Below are positions 45,844 to 55,817 of a stretch of 64,000 nucleotides of DNA, in pieces (the stretch's first letter is position 1; each line of letters starts with the position of its first letter). The DNA lies in the IMG/VR virus record IMGVR_UViG_3300034103_000446, positions 39,063-103,062 of that record; one strand, written 5' to 3'. The position numbers and the translations under genes were made by a program. The notes under the pieces are model-generated. The model worked only from the letters and a program-made list of their open reading frames with translations, was not told the DNA's origin and did no database searches. Source of the stretch: a virus.

Positions 45844-48800
45844 TTATGCGAAGTCGTTACCCTCGGTATCAGAGTCAGCAATGAACACTGATTGATTTAT
45901 AACACTATCAACTGCTTCCAATCTGGCCTGCAAGTCTTGACTTAGTAAGATCCAATTTGCTCTAGCAGACTCAAGTTGAGGATCTCCTGCAGGTAATGCA
46001 TTTTCAAGTGCAAAATATTCTTCTCTTGCAGATTCGGCCTGCTCAGTCAATCCTTCAATTTCTTCAAATGCACTATCAATTTGATCATTTTGTGCTAGCA
46101 TTGCATCTAACAATGCTGCCGCAGATTCATCAACATCACCAAAATTAGGCTTAGGAATTCTAGAATCTGCTAACAATGAACTGATCTGTGCGTTGACTTC
46201 TGCAATGTTGTTAGTGTTCAATCCTATACTTGGCATCTTAATTGCTCCTGCACCGCCAAAGCCTATTGCAGACATTGCTGCACTTAATGGTCCTGATTCA
46301 CCAAGAGATAACCCACCCATAGCTAGTCCGGCTAAGTTTTGACCGCCGGCTTGTAAACTATTCAATGCGCTAGTGATTTGACCTGATGCCAGTGTAGGTA
46401 GGCCTGCAGCCAAACCTGCTGCACCTTGTACAGATTTAGGGAACGCAATGCTGTTCAGTGCTGATGTTACTGCACTTGTGATAATAGAATTCAATGCAGG
46501 ATTCTTGGGTATACCCAATGAGCCTAATGATTTATTAACAATAGATCCTACGCTCAATTGTCCGCCCGGTATACCAAACAATCCAGTAGTCTTACTATTC
46601 TTACCAAATACGCCGGCTATTCTACCGGCAGCATTTATAATGGAACTATATGCACCTAGTGTTTGATTCACATTTTTACTTGTGTTCAATACTTGTGATG
46701 CTCGTAAAATTTGACCGGTGTTCGTTAGAATCTTATTAATGTCTCTAGTGGTTCTAATAACCTTCTTATTACCAAATATAGATGCTCCCCGACCCACACC
46801 ACCAAACAAACCTACTAATCCGTTTAATGCTTGTGAAGATGTCTTTGCATTAGCGATAGAAGCAAGACTTCTATTAACTTGTGTGGTCACACCAATAATA
46901 GCGTTCACATCTCTAGAAGCTTTGGCTATCGACTTGTTGCCCAGTGAGGTTCCAACAGCTCCTATGCTGCCAAGAACTCCTGTCAATCCTCTTAATGCTT
47001 GTGAAGGATTCTGTGCAGAGTTTAGTCTTCCAATTGCAGTTATGCTACCTGCAACTGCGCTCGTAACTCGGGCAGCATTTCCACCCAGTATTTGACCAGT
47101 AGTTCTCAATACTCTAGTTGCTGATGTTAATGGATCATTGTAACCAGATGACCTAGCTACTGCGAGATCATAATTTGAATTAGAATTCGATCTTAGGTTT
47201 ACTGGACCTCGAGGTAATGAAGACAACGATGCTGCTATCAATCCAAATGCGGCTGCACTGGATCCTCTGCTATTTAATTTAGATCCGGCAATTAATCCTG
47301 CTACAGGCAACACCGTACTCATTATTGAGCCTAGGCCGCCTGTGCTTGCTTCAGCAAGTCCAGCAGCATAGTTACCTGAACTAATAGCGTTAGTAATAGG
47401 ACTAGTAACACCCGGTAATCCTAAGCTAGGCAATGATATGTTAGATGCAAGTGAACCTAAATTCTTTACTGCATTAATCGTATTGCTTACTCCTGCAGTT
47501 GCACCCGACATAATTAATCCTGCAATGCTAATAGGCGATTCTTTTCCTGTCATTAATCCTGCACCAGTCAATGCTGTTTGTGACTTTTGAAAGTTTGACA
47601 CCATACCAGATATTTGTGCGCTTGGATTAGATACAAACGATGACAGACTAGATACACCACCTTGACCAGTGAACATGTTATTAGGCAATGATTGTGATAG
47701 AGGTGAGCCTGATTTAACTAGTGAGTTTACTAACGCAGATGATCCAGGCTTTAATATACCCGCTGATTCTAGTTGAGCAGGAGTTTGAGCTAGAACACCC
47801 AATGATGCAACTTGACCTTGAGCAGTTTGTACGATGCCTGCACCGGTTGCTACGGCTGCTGCCGCTGCACCTGTTGCTGCATTAGTTGCAACAGCACTGA
47901 CCATCGATCCGGTTGCTTGTGAATCCATTGCTCCACTCATTGCAGAGGTAGATGGTACAGTTGATAGTGCCGCTGGTTGAACTGGGTTACCAGTAGGAGC
48001 TACTGCCGCCGCTTCGTTTGCCTTTGCTACGCTCGCACTGGGTGCAGATGGTAATTTGTCACTTGCATTGGAACTAGTACTTACATTTACACCTTGATTT
48101 GCGTTAACCCACGGCGTGTGCGCAGGTGTTCTAGTTGTAATACTCTTTAATGTGCCCGGTGATGCTATGTAGCCTTTTACGGATTCAAACATAGTATCAG
48201 TATGACCAATATCTTGTAATGGAGCAACAGCTTCTGGGGCTGCTCCTTGACCTGTGTTTAAGTTTACTCTACTACCATTAATGAAGCAAGTTCCACCAGC
48301 GTGAAAACTACCTTCTCCGCCCGATCGCAAACTCATCGAGCCGCCTACTTTGTGAGTATACTTTCCTGATGTTTCTACTTTAAAATCTGTTCCTACTTTT
48401 TGTGTAGTGCTCTTTTCAGACTGAATGTTAATATCTTCAGCCTTAATGTTTAATTTTTTCTTAGCATGGATGTTTATGTTAGTGTCAGCATGAAAGTTTA
48501 TATCACCTTGTGTTCGTACATTGAAACTATTTGTACAGAACATATCGATGGTGCCTTCTTTGCCCATCTCTATCCATGATTGTCCGTTACTGTGTATAAT
48601 GAATAGTGTTTGTCCATCATCGCTCATTAATATTTGATGGCCGCCTGCTGATCGTAATCTAACTAATTGATCTCTTCCTATCAGATCACCGTCATCCATA
48701 ACAATAGAATGCCCACCTCTACGTGAAATAACTGTCATGCCAGCAGAGTCTTTACCAGACTGGGCGGCTGATACGATACTAGAATCCGTGTATCCACCGG

Positions 48801-49497
48801 CAAATATTGGGCGGCCGGGTGAGCTTACACCCCATCCCACACGAGAGGGACTTTCCCGTTGAGCACCGGTAGTAATTGTGCCTCTTAATGGGTCACGAAC
48901 TAAACCTTGTTTGAATAAGATAGATGCTAGATAGCTGTGTACTGGTTTTGGTTCATCTAAAAAGTTGCCACCGTCAGAAATAGCTTTGTTATTAATGTTG
49001 ATGTTAGTTACTGGAAGTTGTGAAGCACCACCGTAACTTTGTGCTTCACCATTATTATTAGTGATAATATTTTCACTAGATCCGATAGCAGGAACCATGT
49101 GCAATGCTTCTGCCTTAGGAGCACAGCCTATGTAGAATCCATAGTTAGGATCACCGTTAATGAATATACAAATTACGCTTGTGCCTAAATCAGGAGGGCT
49201 GTTCCATACACCGTAACTTGCAGGATTAGCTGCAAAGTCACCGTCGCCTGTAGTTCCTGCAGTTGGTTCAACGAATCCATAAAAGGGACTCATGTACGAT
49301 ACTGTTACCCAGCCTGCAGGATTATCAGGATCATCACTACCTAAATCAGTTATGTAAACTTGAATACGACCTGTTCTTGTAGGGTCTACATTGTTCTTTA
49401 CTATACCAAATACAGGTACATTTCTAACAACGCCGCCGCCGGAGTCTGGTTTACTTGCCTTAGATGCACCAGCCGGTTTGAATATGTCTTCAGCCAT
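45844..49497 (-). CDS. gp5: Baseplate central spike (gp5/VgrG-like) with long Gly/Ala/Ser-rich C-terminal extension
   Basis: OB-fold motifs GIVKNNVDPTRTGRIQV and PPDLGT.V...F.NGD; GHSIVMDD/GHQILMSD and beta-helix-like repeats to ~aa 415; no lysozyme domain recognised. Confidence 0.75.
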   Translation of the reverse strand: MAEDIFKPAGASKASKPDSGGGVVRNVPVFGIVKNNVDPTRTGRIQVYITDLGSDDPDNPAGWVTVSYMSPFYGFVEPTAGTTGDGDFAANPASYGVWNSPPDLGTSVICIFINGDPNYGFYIGCAPKAEALHMVPAIGSSENIITNNNGEAQSYGGASQLPVTNININNKAISDGGNFLDEPKPVHSYLASILFKQGLVRDPLRGTITTGAQRESPSRVGWGVSSPGRPIFAGGYTDSSIVSAAQSGKDSAGMTVISRRGGHSIVMDDGDLIGRDQLVRLRSAGGHQILMSDDGQTLFIIHSNGQSWIEMGKEGTIDMFCTNSFNVRTQGDINFHADTNINIHAKKKLNIKAEDINIQSEKSTTQKVGTDFKVETSGKYTHKVGGSMSLRSGGEGSFHAGGTCFINGSRVNLNTGQGAAPEAVAPLQDIGHTDTMFESVKGYIASPGTLKSITTRTPAHTPWVNANQGVNVSTSSNASDKLPSAPSASVAKANEAAAVAPTGNPVQPAALSTVPSTSAMSGAMDSQATGSMVSAVATNAATGAAAAAVATGAGIVQTAQGQVASLGVLAQTPAQLESAGILKPGSSALVNSLVKSGSPLSQSLPNNMFTGQGGVSSLSSFVSNPSAQISGMVSNFQKSQTALTGAGLMTGKESPISIAGLIMSGATAGVSNTINAVKNLGSLASNISLPSLGLPGVTSPITNAISSGNYAAGLAEASTGGLGSIMSTVLPVAGLIAGSKLNSRGSSAAAFGLIAASLSSLPRGPVNLRSNSNSNYDLAVARSSGYNDPLTSATRVLRTTGQILGGNAARVTSAVAGSITAIGRLNSAQNPSQALRGLTGVLGSIGAVGTSLGNKSIAKASRDVNAIIGVTTQVNRSLASIANAKTSSQALNGLVGLFGGVGRGASIFGNKKVIRTTRDINKILTNTGQILRASQVLNTSKNVNQTLGAYSSIINAAGRIAGVFGKNSKTTGLFGIPGGQLSVGSIVNKSLGSLGIPKNPALNSIITSAVTSALNSIAFPKSVQGAAGLAAGLPTLASGQITSALNSLQAGGQNLAGLAMGGLSLGESGPLSAAMSAIGFGGAGAIKMPSIGLNTNNIAEVNAQISSLLADSRIPKPNFGDVDESAAALLDAMLAQNDQIDSAFEEIEGLTEQAESAREEYFALENALPAGDPQLESARANWILLSQDLQARLEAVDSVINQSVFIADSDTEGNDFA

Positions 49498-51776
49498 TAT
49501 CCTCTACCTCCCTGAAGATAATTTTGTTCCCAATTTGAGTCAAATGAAGCATCATCATTTGCTACACCTTTAGTAGTTGTGTCTTGTGTAGTTGCGGGTG
49601 TTGATGATCCTACTGTTTGATTTCCACCAGTAGTACCAGTAGATGGTGGAGGATCAGCTTTTAATCCAGCAGGTGGGGGACTTCTAGCTAACAAATCATC
49701 GCGGGCGTTTTGACCAGAAGCAATCGGAGCAGAGGCCGCTGTCGCTCTATTTCTTTCTCTTTCTTGTAATATAGTAGGACCTTTTACATCAGCAAAAGTG
49801 TTTATTGCACATTCTAGTTCTTGTGTAAACTTGCCGCCTTTAAAATTATGTGTTATGTTAGTAACTTGATAACTTATTGCTCCATCTAATTGTTTAGCAA
49901 TAGAAACAGGATAGTCAAAAAATAATATGTCTGTGTTTATTCTCATCAATCCAGTATCGTGTTCATAGTCAACTGCTTCTAGAAACTTAATTTCAATAAA
50001 AACTTGCCCAGCCTTAAAATCTATTGTGAATCCGTCAGGTCCATAGAATGATTTTGCGTCATCATTTATATTGGCTGTTTCATTCGATAGCCAATCAGGA
50101 TCACCTAAAATTTCTATCTTTGCTTTGGCCCAATCACCCGGTGACATTAGGTCAGTAGTTACACTATTTTGTGCTTCTTTACCTACACCCAATTTACCTA
50201 ATTTGTCGGCCGGTTGAACTTTACTCGTTACTATAGGAACCTGTGCATTTCCGCCAGTGGCAGTACTTGATGCATCACCGGCACCTAGTGATACATTAAA
50301 GTAAGCGTTGTTCATCGACTGTTCATATCTAATGACCTCAGAGTTTTGACCAGTCCACCAATATTCATATCTTTTTACAGCACCGTAATAAGGAGTAGTC
50401 TTATCAGCATACGCAGACATTAACACTGGAATTTCATAAGTTCGAACCTGATATTCAATATCAAACACCCAATCTTTAACAATGTTATCAAACTTAGTTC
50501 CTGAAATTACAGGTGCTATATTAAACCACTTTAATCTTTTATTACTGTCAATTTTTTCTGATGACTGACTGTTTGTTTCTGAGTTTGGTTGTTCGGCTGT
50601 AGTGTATACAGATTTTAATCCATTGACCAAATACTCACTTTGCGTTATCACACTAGTGATTGCTTGTAGAATTGGTGTGTCTCGGTTAAATGCAACCGTT
50701 CTTTCGTTACTGTTGGGCTGTGCTTTTATTGACAAACTATCATTAACAGTTTTTTTGTCAGTTGGGTTAGCCATTGGCCATTTGATTTTACTTGTATCGG
50801 CTAAACTAACAATAGAAGATTGTGCAATGCTATCAGCGTCACCTAGAAATCGTATACTATAGGTGTTACCAAATTCTCGCTTTTTAGCATTAACATCATC
50901 TGCTTGATCTTTTGTCATCTTACGCATCAACTGATTAAGAATCTGTTCTACATTATTTCCTACTAATTGAGTAGCACCTTTATCAATAACACCTCTTTTT
51001 TGACCTAATGCACTAGCTATTGGTAGCGAAGCTGCTTTGATGGCATATGTTGTTGTTTTCCCGTCAATTTTGAATCCAATACTAACAATGTTAATATCAT
51101 AGAATCGTTGAAAAGTAGGATCAGGTTCATTGACTAAATTTGATTTAGTTATCAATTGACCAGCGGCGTCATATCCTAAAAACTTTATTCCCAGTATGAA
51201 GAATTGTCGGCTGGCATTAGTGCTGTCTTTATAATTTATAGTTGTTGAATATCTTTCCAATGCTTCTTTGGCTCTTTTTAAGTTAGTGATAAACGAAAGG
51301 CCATATGCTTCTGTGATAGTAAAGTCAAAACTTACATTGGTTGTAGGTGCTGATGTACTAGTACCACTAACGGCTGACAAGATTTTTAAGTTATCAATAT
51401 AATAGTCATATTCAAATCCAGGAGCCCTAGTAACAGGATTATTGATACCACCGCTTTGAGCTATTAAATATGCACCAGATTCATTTCCAACGGACTCTCT
51501 AGCGCCATTAAACATGAAGATGTCTTTTCTGCCTGAGCGATTGAATTCATCTAGTGCGTCAGGTGTAATCATATACAATGATAACTGGTAAGTATAACTT
51601 GAGTATGTACTCAATGGATTAAATCTGCGAGAACCTACGCCTGAGTTTTCGGATACGCCCGGACTTCCTGCCTGTGTTGTGCCCGATTTTGAGTTTTCAT
51701 CCAGCGGACCTACATCCAGCGGACCGTCACCGTAATCTCCTATTACATTTCCAAATTCATCATAAACGACTGCCAT
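49497..51776 (-). CDS. Baseplate hub protein (gp27/late-control D-like)
   Basis: Position between the gp53/LysM-like gene and the spike; IEILGDPDWL and YQVTNITHNFKGGKFTQEL are typical hub C-terminal motifs. Confidence 0.6.
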   Translation of the reverse strand: MAVVYDEFGNVIGDYGDGPLDVGPLDENSKSGTTQAGSPGVSENSGVGSRRFNPLSTYSSYTYQLSLYMITPDALDEFNRSGRKDIFMFNGARESVGNESGAYLIAQSGGINNPVTRAPGFEYDYYIDNLKILSAVSGTSTSAPTTNVSFDFTITEAYGLSFITNLKRAKEALERYSTTINYKDSTNASRQFFILGIKFLGYDAAGQLITKSNLVNEPDPTFQRFYDINIVSIGFKIDGKTTTYAIKAASLPIASALGQKRGVIDKGATQLVGNNVEQILNQLMRKMTKDQADDVNAKKREFGNTYSIRFLGDADSIAQSSIVSLADTSKIKWPMANPTDKKTVNDSLSIKAQPNSNERTVAFNRDTPILQAITSVITQSEYLVNGLKSVYTTAEQPNSETNSQSSEKIDSNKRLKWFNIAPVISGTKFDNIVKDWVFDIEYQVRTYEIPVLMSAYADKTTPYYGAVKRYEYWWTGQNSEVIRYEQSMNNAYFNVSLGAGDASSTATGGNAQVPIVTSKVQPADKLGKLGVGKEAQNSVTTDLMSPGDWAKAKIEILGDPDWLSNETANINDDAKSFYGPDGFTIDFKAGQVFIEIKFLEAVDYEHDTGLMRINTDILFFDYPVSIAKQLDGAISYQVTNITHNFKGGKFTQELECAINTFADVKGPTILQERERNRATAASAPIASGQNARDDLLARSPPPAGLKADPPPSTGTTGGNQTVGSSTPATTQDTTTKGVANDDASFDSNWEQNYLQGGRG

Positions 51777-51778
51777 TA

Positions 51779-52093
51779 TTATATGCCCAATGCTCTTTTA
51801 AGTGTATCCATTTTAGGAAGATATATCTCAGTACCAGTGATGAAGTCAAAGTAAGGATCCTTCAATCTATTTGGATTTCGCTGTGCAAATACCCACCAGA
51901 GTCTAGAATCGCTGTAAAGATCGTATGCTAATATATCAGGTCTAAATTCATACACTGGTGTTATCGCCCAAAATACATCAGAACCCAATGCTGGTATAGG
52001 CTTGTTAATCATAACATCTAAGAATTTACTATTTACTACATCCGTGTTTGAATACGGGCTTGTTGACGGATACAAATTATTAATTGATGCCAT
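51779..52093 (-). CDS. Small baseplate protein (gp53/LysM-like)
   Basis: RPDILAYDLYSDSRLWWVFAQRN..G.EIYLP. Confidence 0.75.
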   Translation of the reverse strand: MASINNLYPSTSPYSNTDVVNSKFLDVMINKPIPALGSDVFWAITPVYEFRPDILAYDLYSDSRLWWVFAQRNPNRLKDPYFDFITGTEIYLPKMDTLKRALGI

Positions 52094-52962
52094 TACCAGA
52101 TACCTCCACCTTGATCTCCTCGTTGTGATCCCTTCAATAATTCACCTGAAGCATAATCACGCAGGCTGAAGTTTTGACTTATATCTCGTCTACTTACTAT
52201 CGGTATAGCACCTATTTGAATTTGTAGTTTTGTAGGAACATATGTGGGTTCGACTGATCCGGGGGCATTGCCGTTACCTTTTAATAAAGACCATTCAGGT
52301 GGCATAGGTAGTCCGCCGGATCTGATGCCAGAACTCGCAGTTCTTTGGCTAGTTGGATTACCGGAAAATCTAGCAGCAACAGCTTGGTCTTCAGCTTCAA
52401 TACTATCGGCTGTAATGCTAGCTCGAATATAGTCTACATCATTTGGTAAGTTATAGGCGAAGCTAGTTATAGCTATAGGATGCTTATTGAATTGAAATTC
52501 TCCCAAACCGTAAATATAACACAATGGGGGAGGAGTTCCATTGACAGGATCCTGATCGTTTCCATAGAACATTTTAGTCATAGATTTGAAAAAGTGTATG
52601 ACCGCGAGCATGTAGTTAGCTTCATAAGTGTCTTGAGCAGTGAAATCACCGGTTATTGATATAGTATCGACACTGCTGTTTTTGTATTGGAATATTTTGT
52701 AGTTGCTATGTGCAACGTCGGAGGTATCATATGTGGCTGCATACTGTACTTGAATTTGAGGGGTGTAGGGGAATATGACACCGTCAGTTTCTGCTAATGG
52801 TGACATAATACCCGAATTAGCGGCCCTGTACATATACCCATCCGCCCCGGGTGCAAGACTTAATCTGACTCTCCAGTCTTTGAGGGCGGCATAGTTATAT
52901 TGATCCTGAGCCGATCCTTGTTGTCTTGTTTGACTTGTTGCTCCTTGAAGTCCTCGTGCCAT
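52093..52962 (-). CDS. Tail tube initiator / baseplate-tube junction protein (gp48/gp54-like)
   Basis: VIFPYTP, ISITGDFT, PPPLC and ITSFAYNLP; first gene of the baseplate operon. Confidence 0.55.
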   Translation of the reverse strand: MARGLQGATSQTRQQGSAQDQYNYAALKDWRVRLSLAPGADGYMYRAANSGIMSPLAETDGVIFPYTPQIQVQYAATYDTSDVAHSNYKIFQYKNSSVDTISITGDFTAQDTYEANYMLAVIHFFKSMTKMFYGNDQDPVNGTPPPLCYIYGLGEFQFNKHPIAITSFAYNLPNDVDYIRASITADSIEAEDQAVAARFSGNPTSQRTASSGIRSGGLPMPPEWSLLKGNGNAPGSVEPTYVPTKLQIQIGAIPIVSRRDISQNFSLRDYASGELLKGSQRGDQGGGIW

Positions 52963-52981
52963 AGTAGTATTATCCTTATCT

Positions 52982-53000
52982 ATATTTATCTGATAAATAT
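52982..53000. promoter_or_regulatory. Back-to-back late promoter motifs (perfect inverted repeat ATATTTATC-T-GATAAATAT)
   Basis: GATAAATA on both strands at the divergence point between the baseplate operon and the gp55 operon. Confidence 0.65.
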
Positions 53001-53033
53001 AATGCGCTTTTTACCTTTTCCTCTATCTTTCTA

Positions 53034-53062
53034 TTGCTTTTTTGCAAAGAAAGTGTTACACT
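53034..53062 (+). promoter_or_regulatory. Sigma70-type (early/middle) promoter
   Basis: TTGCTT (53034-53039), 17-nt spacer, TACACT (53057-53062) with extended -10 TG at 53054-53055. Confidence 0.6.
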
Positions 53063-53087
53063 TATCTCAACAAAACTACGGAGCCAT

Positions 53088-53990
53088 ATGAGCCTATTAC
53101 CAGCACCAAGAAAACCTGTAAATTATTTAAACAACAAAGACATTCTCAAAGAGATTCACGAAAGTAAAACAACTTATTGTTATTTCGCAAAACCAGAATA
53201 TCATCGCTACGATTACATCGTTGATATGCCGCAAGAACCATTAGAAAAATGCTATGAACATGCATTCTCTCCCGAGGTTATACAACAAGCAAAAGAAACA
53301 AGAGCCCATAGATTATCTATCGAATCCGGTTCTACAGTAGACCCAAATTCAATATCAACTAATGATTTGGTATTTAGAATAATGACTTGGGATCATGTGC
53401 CCGTAGCCCAAAAGCAACCTAGAAAAACGATAAAAAAGAAAACAGCAAAAGATATCTTTGAGTTTGATGAGCAGGATGAGATTTTTGCAGATTTAGAAGA
53501 TGCCGCACCAATTAAAGCAGATGTTGACGACATGGTGCATGTCAAAGTAAATTTCCCCCCATTCCAACACTACAAGATAGACGAAAACAATAGCTTTTAT
53601 TGTATAGGGAAAAGTCATTGGGAAGGTGATTTAGCAACCGGAAATTTCAACAAAGATCATGGCCAGATCACGAACAAGTTAGCCCGTATGTACATCATGA
53701 TGTGTGAAAAGTATGCTATGAAATACAATTGGCGTGGCTATACATACAATGATGAGATGCGCAATTCAGCAATCCTTCAGTTGACATATGTTGGTTTACG
53801 ATTCAATGAAGCCAAATCTGCTAACCCATTCGCTTACTATACGGCTGCTATCACTAACAGTTTTTGTCGTGTACTCAATACAGAAAAACGAAATCAAAAC
53901 ATCAGAGATGATATCTTAGAGATAAACGGATTAAATCCTAGTTGGTCTCGTCAAGGTTCAGGGGCAGGTGCTCCATCTTTTGAAGAATAA
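53088..53990 (+). CDS. gp55: Late-transcription sigma factor (T4 gp55-like)
   Basis: NYLNNKDILKEI, YNWRGYTYNDEM, KSANPFAYYT; upstream of gp47/gp46 as in T4-like phages. Start moved to ATG 53088 (GGAG at 53080-53083). Confidence 0.8.
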   Translation: MSLLPAPRKPVNYLNNKDILKEIHESKTTYCYFAKPEYHRYDYIVDMPQEPLEKCYEHAFSPEVIQQAKETRAHRLSIESGSTVDPNSISTNDLVFRIMTWDHVPVAQKQPRKTIKKKTAKDIFEFDEQDEIFADLEDAAPIKADVDDMVHVKVNFPPFQHYKIDENNSFYCIGKSHWEGDLATGNFNKDHGQITNKLARMYIMMCEKYAMKYNWRGYTYNDEMRNSAILQLTYVGLRFNEAKSANPFAYYTAAITNSFCRVLNTEKRNQNIRDDILEINGLNPSWSRQGSGAGAPSFEE

Positions 53991-54002
53991 TCAATATTTT
54001 AT

Positions 54003-54038
54003 CCCTAAATGATAAATAAGTCTATCATTCATTTAGGG
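54003..54038 (+). promoter_or_regulatory. RBS-sequestering hairpin with embedded late promoter
   Basis: CCCTAAATGA (54003-54012) pairs perfectly with TCATTTAGGG (54029-54038); GATAAATA at 54011-54018; ATG at 54046. Confidence 0.7.
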
Positions 54039-54045
54039 TTATAAA

Positions 54046-54807
54046 ATGTTCATTTACAAAATCACTGTTGTTCCTTTAGGAGAAGTATACATTGGGTTAG
54101 ATACAAAACCTGAGTATAAAAAATCTCGTTGGAAAACACACTGCAAGGAATCAATCACTAATCCTAAAGGAAAATTACACAAAGCTATTAATCATTATGG
54201 ACCTGATAATTGTGTATATGAAGTAATTGACGCTGGGTTTGATTCTATATCTCAACTCGCATTAGCAGAAATAAAATATATTAGTCAATATAATTCTTAT
54301 AAGAATGGGCTTAATAGCACACCCGGTGGTGATGGATTGAACAATGATTTAACTATGTTCACTGATGAAGAAGTAGTAATTATTAGAGAAGCATTAGGTG
54401 AAAAATGGAGGTTGTTCAACAAGAAAAAATGGGAGGGTACTACTGTCGAAGAACGACAAGAAATGATTAGGCACTGTCACACAGATGATGCCCGTAAGAA
54501 CAGATCGACTACCTTAAAAGGATATTATGATTCAGTAGCCGGAGCAAAAGAAAAACATAGTGCTGGAATAAAACAATGGCAAAAAGAAAATCCAGATCTC
54601 GCAAAAAAATATAGAGTACAGAACGGATTAAAAGGTGCTGAAAAAACATCCAAGAAGGTTACCTTATTGCGTGACTCCGGAGAAGTAGAAGTGTATACTA
54701 GTATCAGTGAGTTCCAAAGACAAACAGGTCAGTGGATGAGTACTATTCGAGAAAAATCAAAAAACGGGGAATTTTATAATGGATACAAACTTAAGGACAA
54801 TGAATGA
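54046..54807 (+). CDS. Free-standing GIY-YIG homing endonuclease (Seg-like)
   Basis: FIYKIT..VYIG, RW..H, E..YI, NGLNSTPGGDG; ATGA overlap with gp47. Confidence 0.85.
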   Translation: MFIYKITVVPLGEVYIGLDTKPEYKKSRWKTHCKESITNPKGKLHKAINHYGPDNCVYEVIDAGFDSISQLALAEIKYISQYNSYKNGLNSTPGGDGLNNDLTMFTDEEVVIIREALGEKWRLFNKKKWEGTTVEERQEMIRHCHTDDARKNRSTTLKGYYDSVAGAKEKHSAGIKQWQKENPDLAKKYRVQNGLKGAEKTSKKVTLLRDSGEVEVYTSISEFQRQTGQWMSTIREKSKNGEFYNGYKLKDNE

Positions 54808-55817
54808 ATTTATTTAAGAAGGCAGCAGTTTTCACCGACGTGCATTTTGGACTAAAGAGTAACAGCCTACAACATAATCAAGACTGTGCTAACTTTGTAG
54901 ATTGGTTCATTGCCACTGCAAAGAAAGAAGGATGTGAAACATGTTTCTTCTTGGGTGATTACAATCACCACAGAGCCAGTATTAATATTCAAACTTTGCA
55001 ATTTGGTCTTCAAGCACTAGAAAAGCTAAATGCAAACTTTGATACCGTGTATTTCATTCCCGGGAATCACGATCTTTATTATCGTGATCGCAGGGACATT
55101 CATAGTATTGAGTGGGCTAAACATCTACCAAACGTCAAGATCATCAACGACTTCTTTCAAAAAGATGATGTGGTTATCGCACCGTGGCTAGTAGGTGAGG
55201 ATTACAAAAAACTACAAAAGTTAAAAGGCAAATATCTGTTTGGTCATTTTGAGTTACCTAACTTTTTAATGAACGCAATGATTGAGATGCCTGATCACGG
55301 TGAAGTCAATGCAGAACATGTTAGAAACTTTGATAAAGTATTCAGTGGACATTTCCACAAGCGGCAATCAAAAGGTAACGTGTGGTACATTGGAAATGCG
55401 TTCCCGCATAACTATGCAGATGCAGGTGATGATGCACGTGGCATGATGATACTTGAATGGGGACAAGATCCAGAGTTTCGCAGTTGGCCTCGTCAACCTG
55501 TATTTCGAGTTCATAAGTTAAGTGATGTATTGGAAAACCCTGAGGGATTGTTATTGATTGACAGTCATGTTAGAGTTCACCTAGATATTGAAATCTCATA
55601 TGAGGAAGCAAACTTCTTACGTGAGACTTGGATACCAGAACATAAATTAAGAGAGATGGCATTGATACCGGTTAAAGGTGAGCAGCCTACTGAAGGGCAA
55701 AGTGCTGACGGATTAAAATTCGAATCAGTTGATCAAATTGTGATTGAACAAATCAATGCAATCGAAAGCAAAAATTTCGACAAGAAAATTCTACTAGACA
55801 TTTACAATAACCTATGA
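54804..55817 (+). CDS. gp47: Recombination nuclease subunit (gp47/SbcD/Mre11)
   Basis: Metallophosphoesterase motifs DVHFG, LGD, GNHD, GHFE, SGHFH. Confidence 0.92.
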   Translation: MNLFKKAAVFTDVHFGLKSNSLQHNQDCANFVDWFIATAKKEGCETCFFLGDYNHHRASINIQTLQFGLQALEKLNANFDTVYFIPGNHDLYYRDRRDIHSIEWAKHLPNVKIINDFFQKDDVVIAPWLVGEDYKKLQKLKGKYLFGHFELPNFLMNAMIEMPDHGEVNAEHVRNFDKVFSGHFHKRQSKGNVWYIGNAFPHNYADAGDDARGMMILEWGQDPEFRSWPRQPVFRVHKLSDVLENPEGLLLIDSHVRVHLDIEISYEEANFLRETWIPEHKLREMALIPVKGEQPTEGQSADGLKFESVDQIVIEQINAIESKNFDKKILLDIYNNL

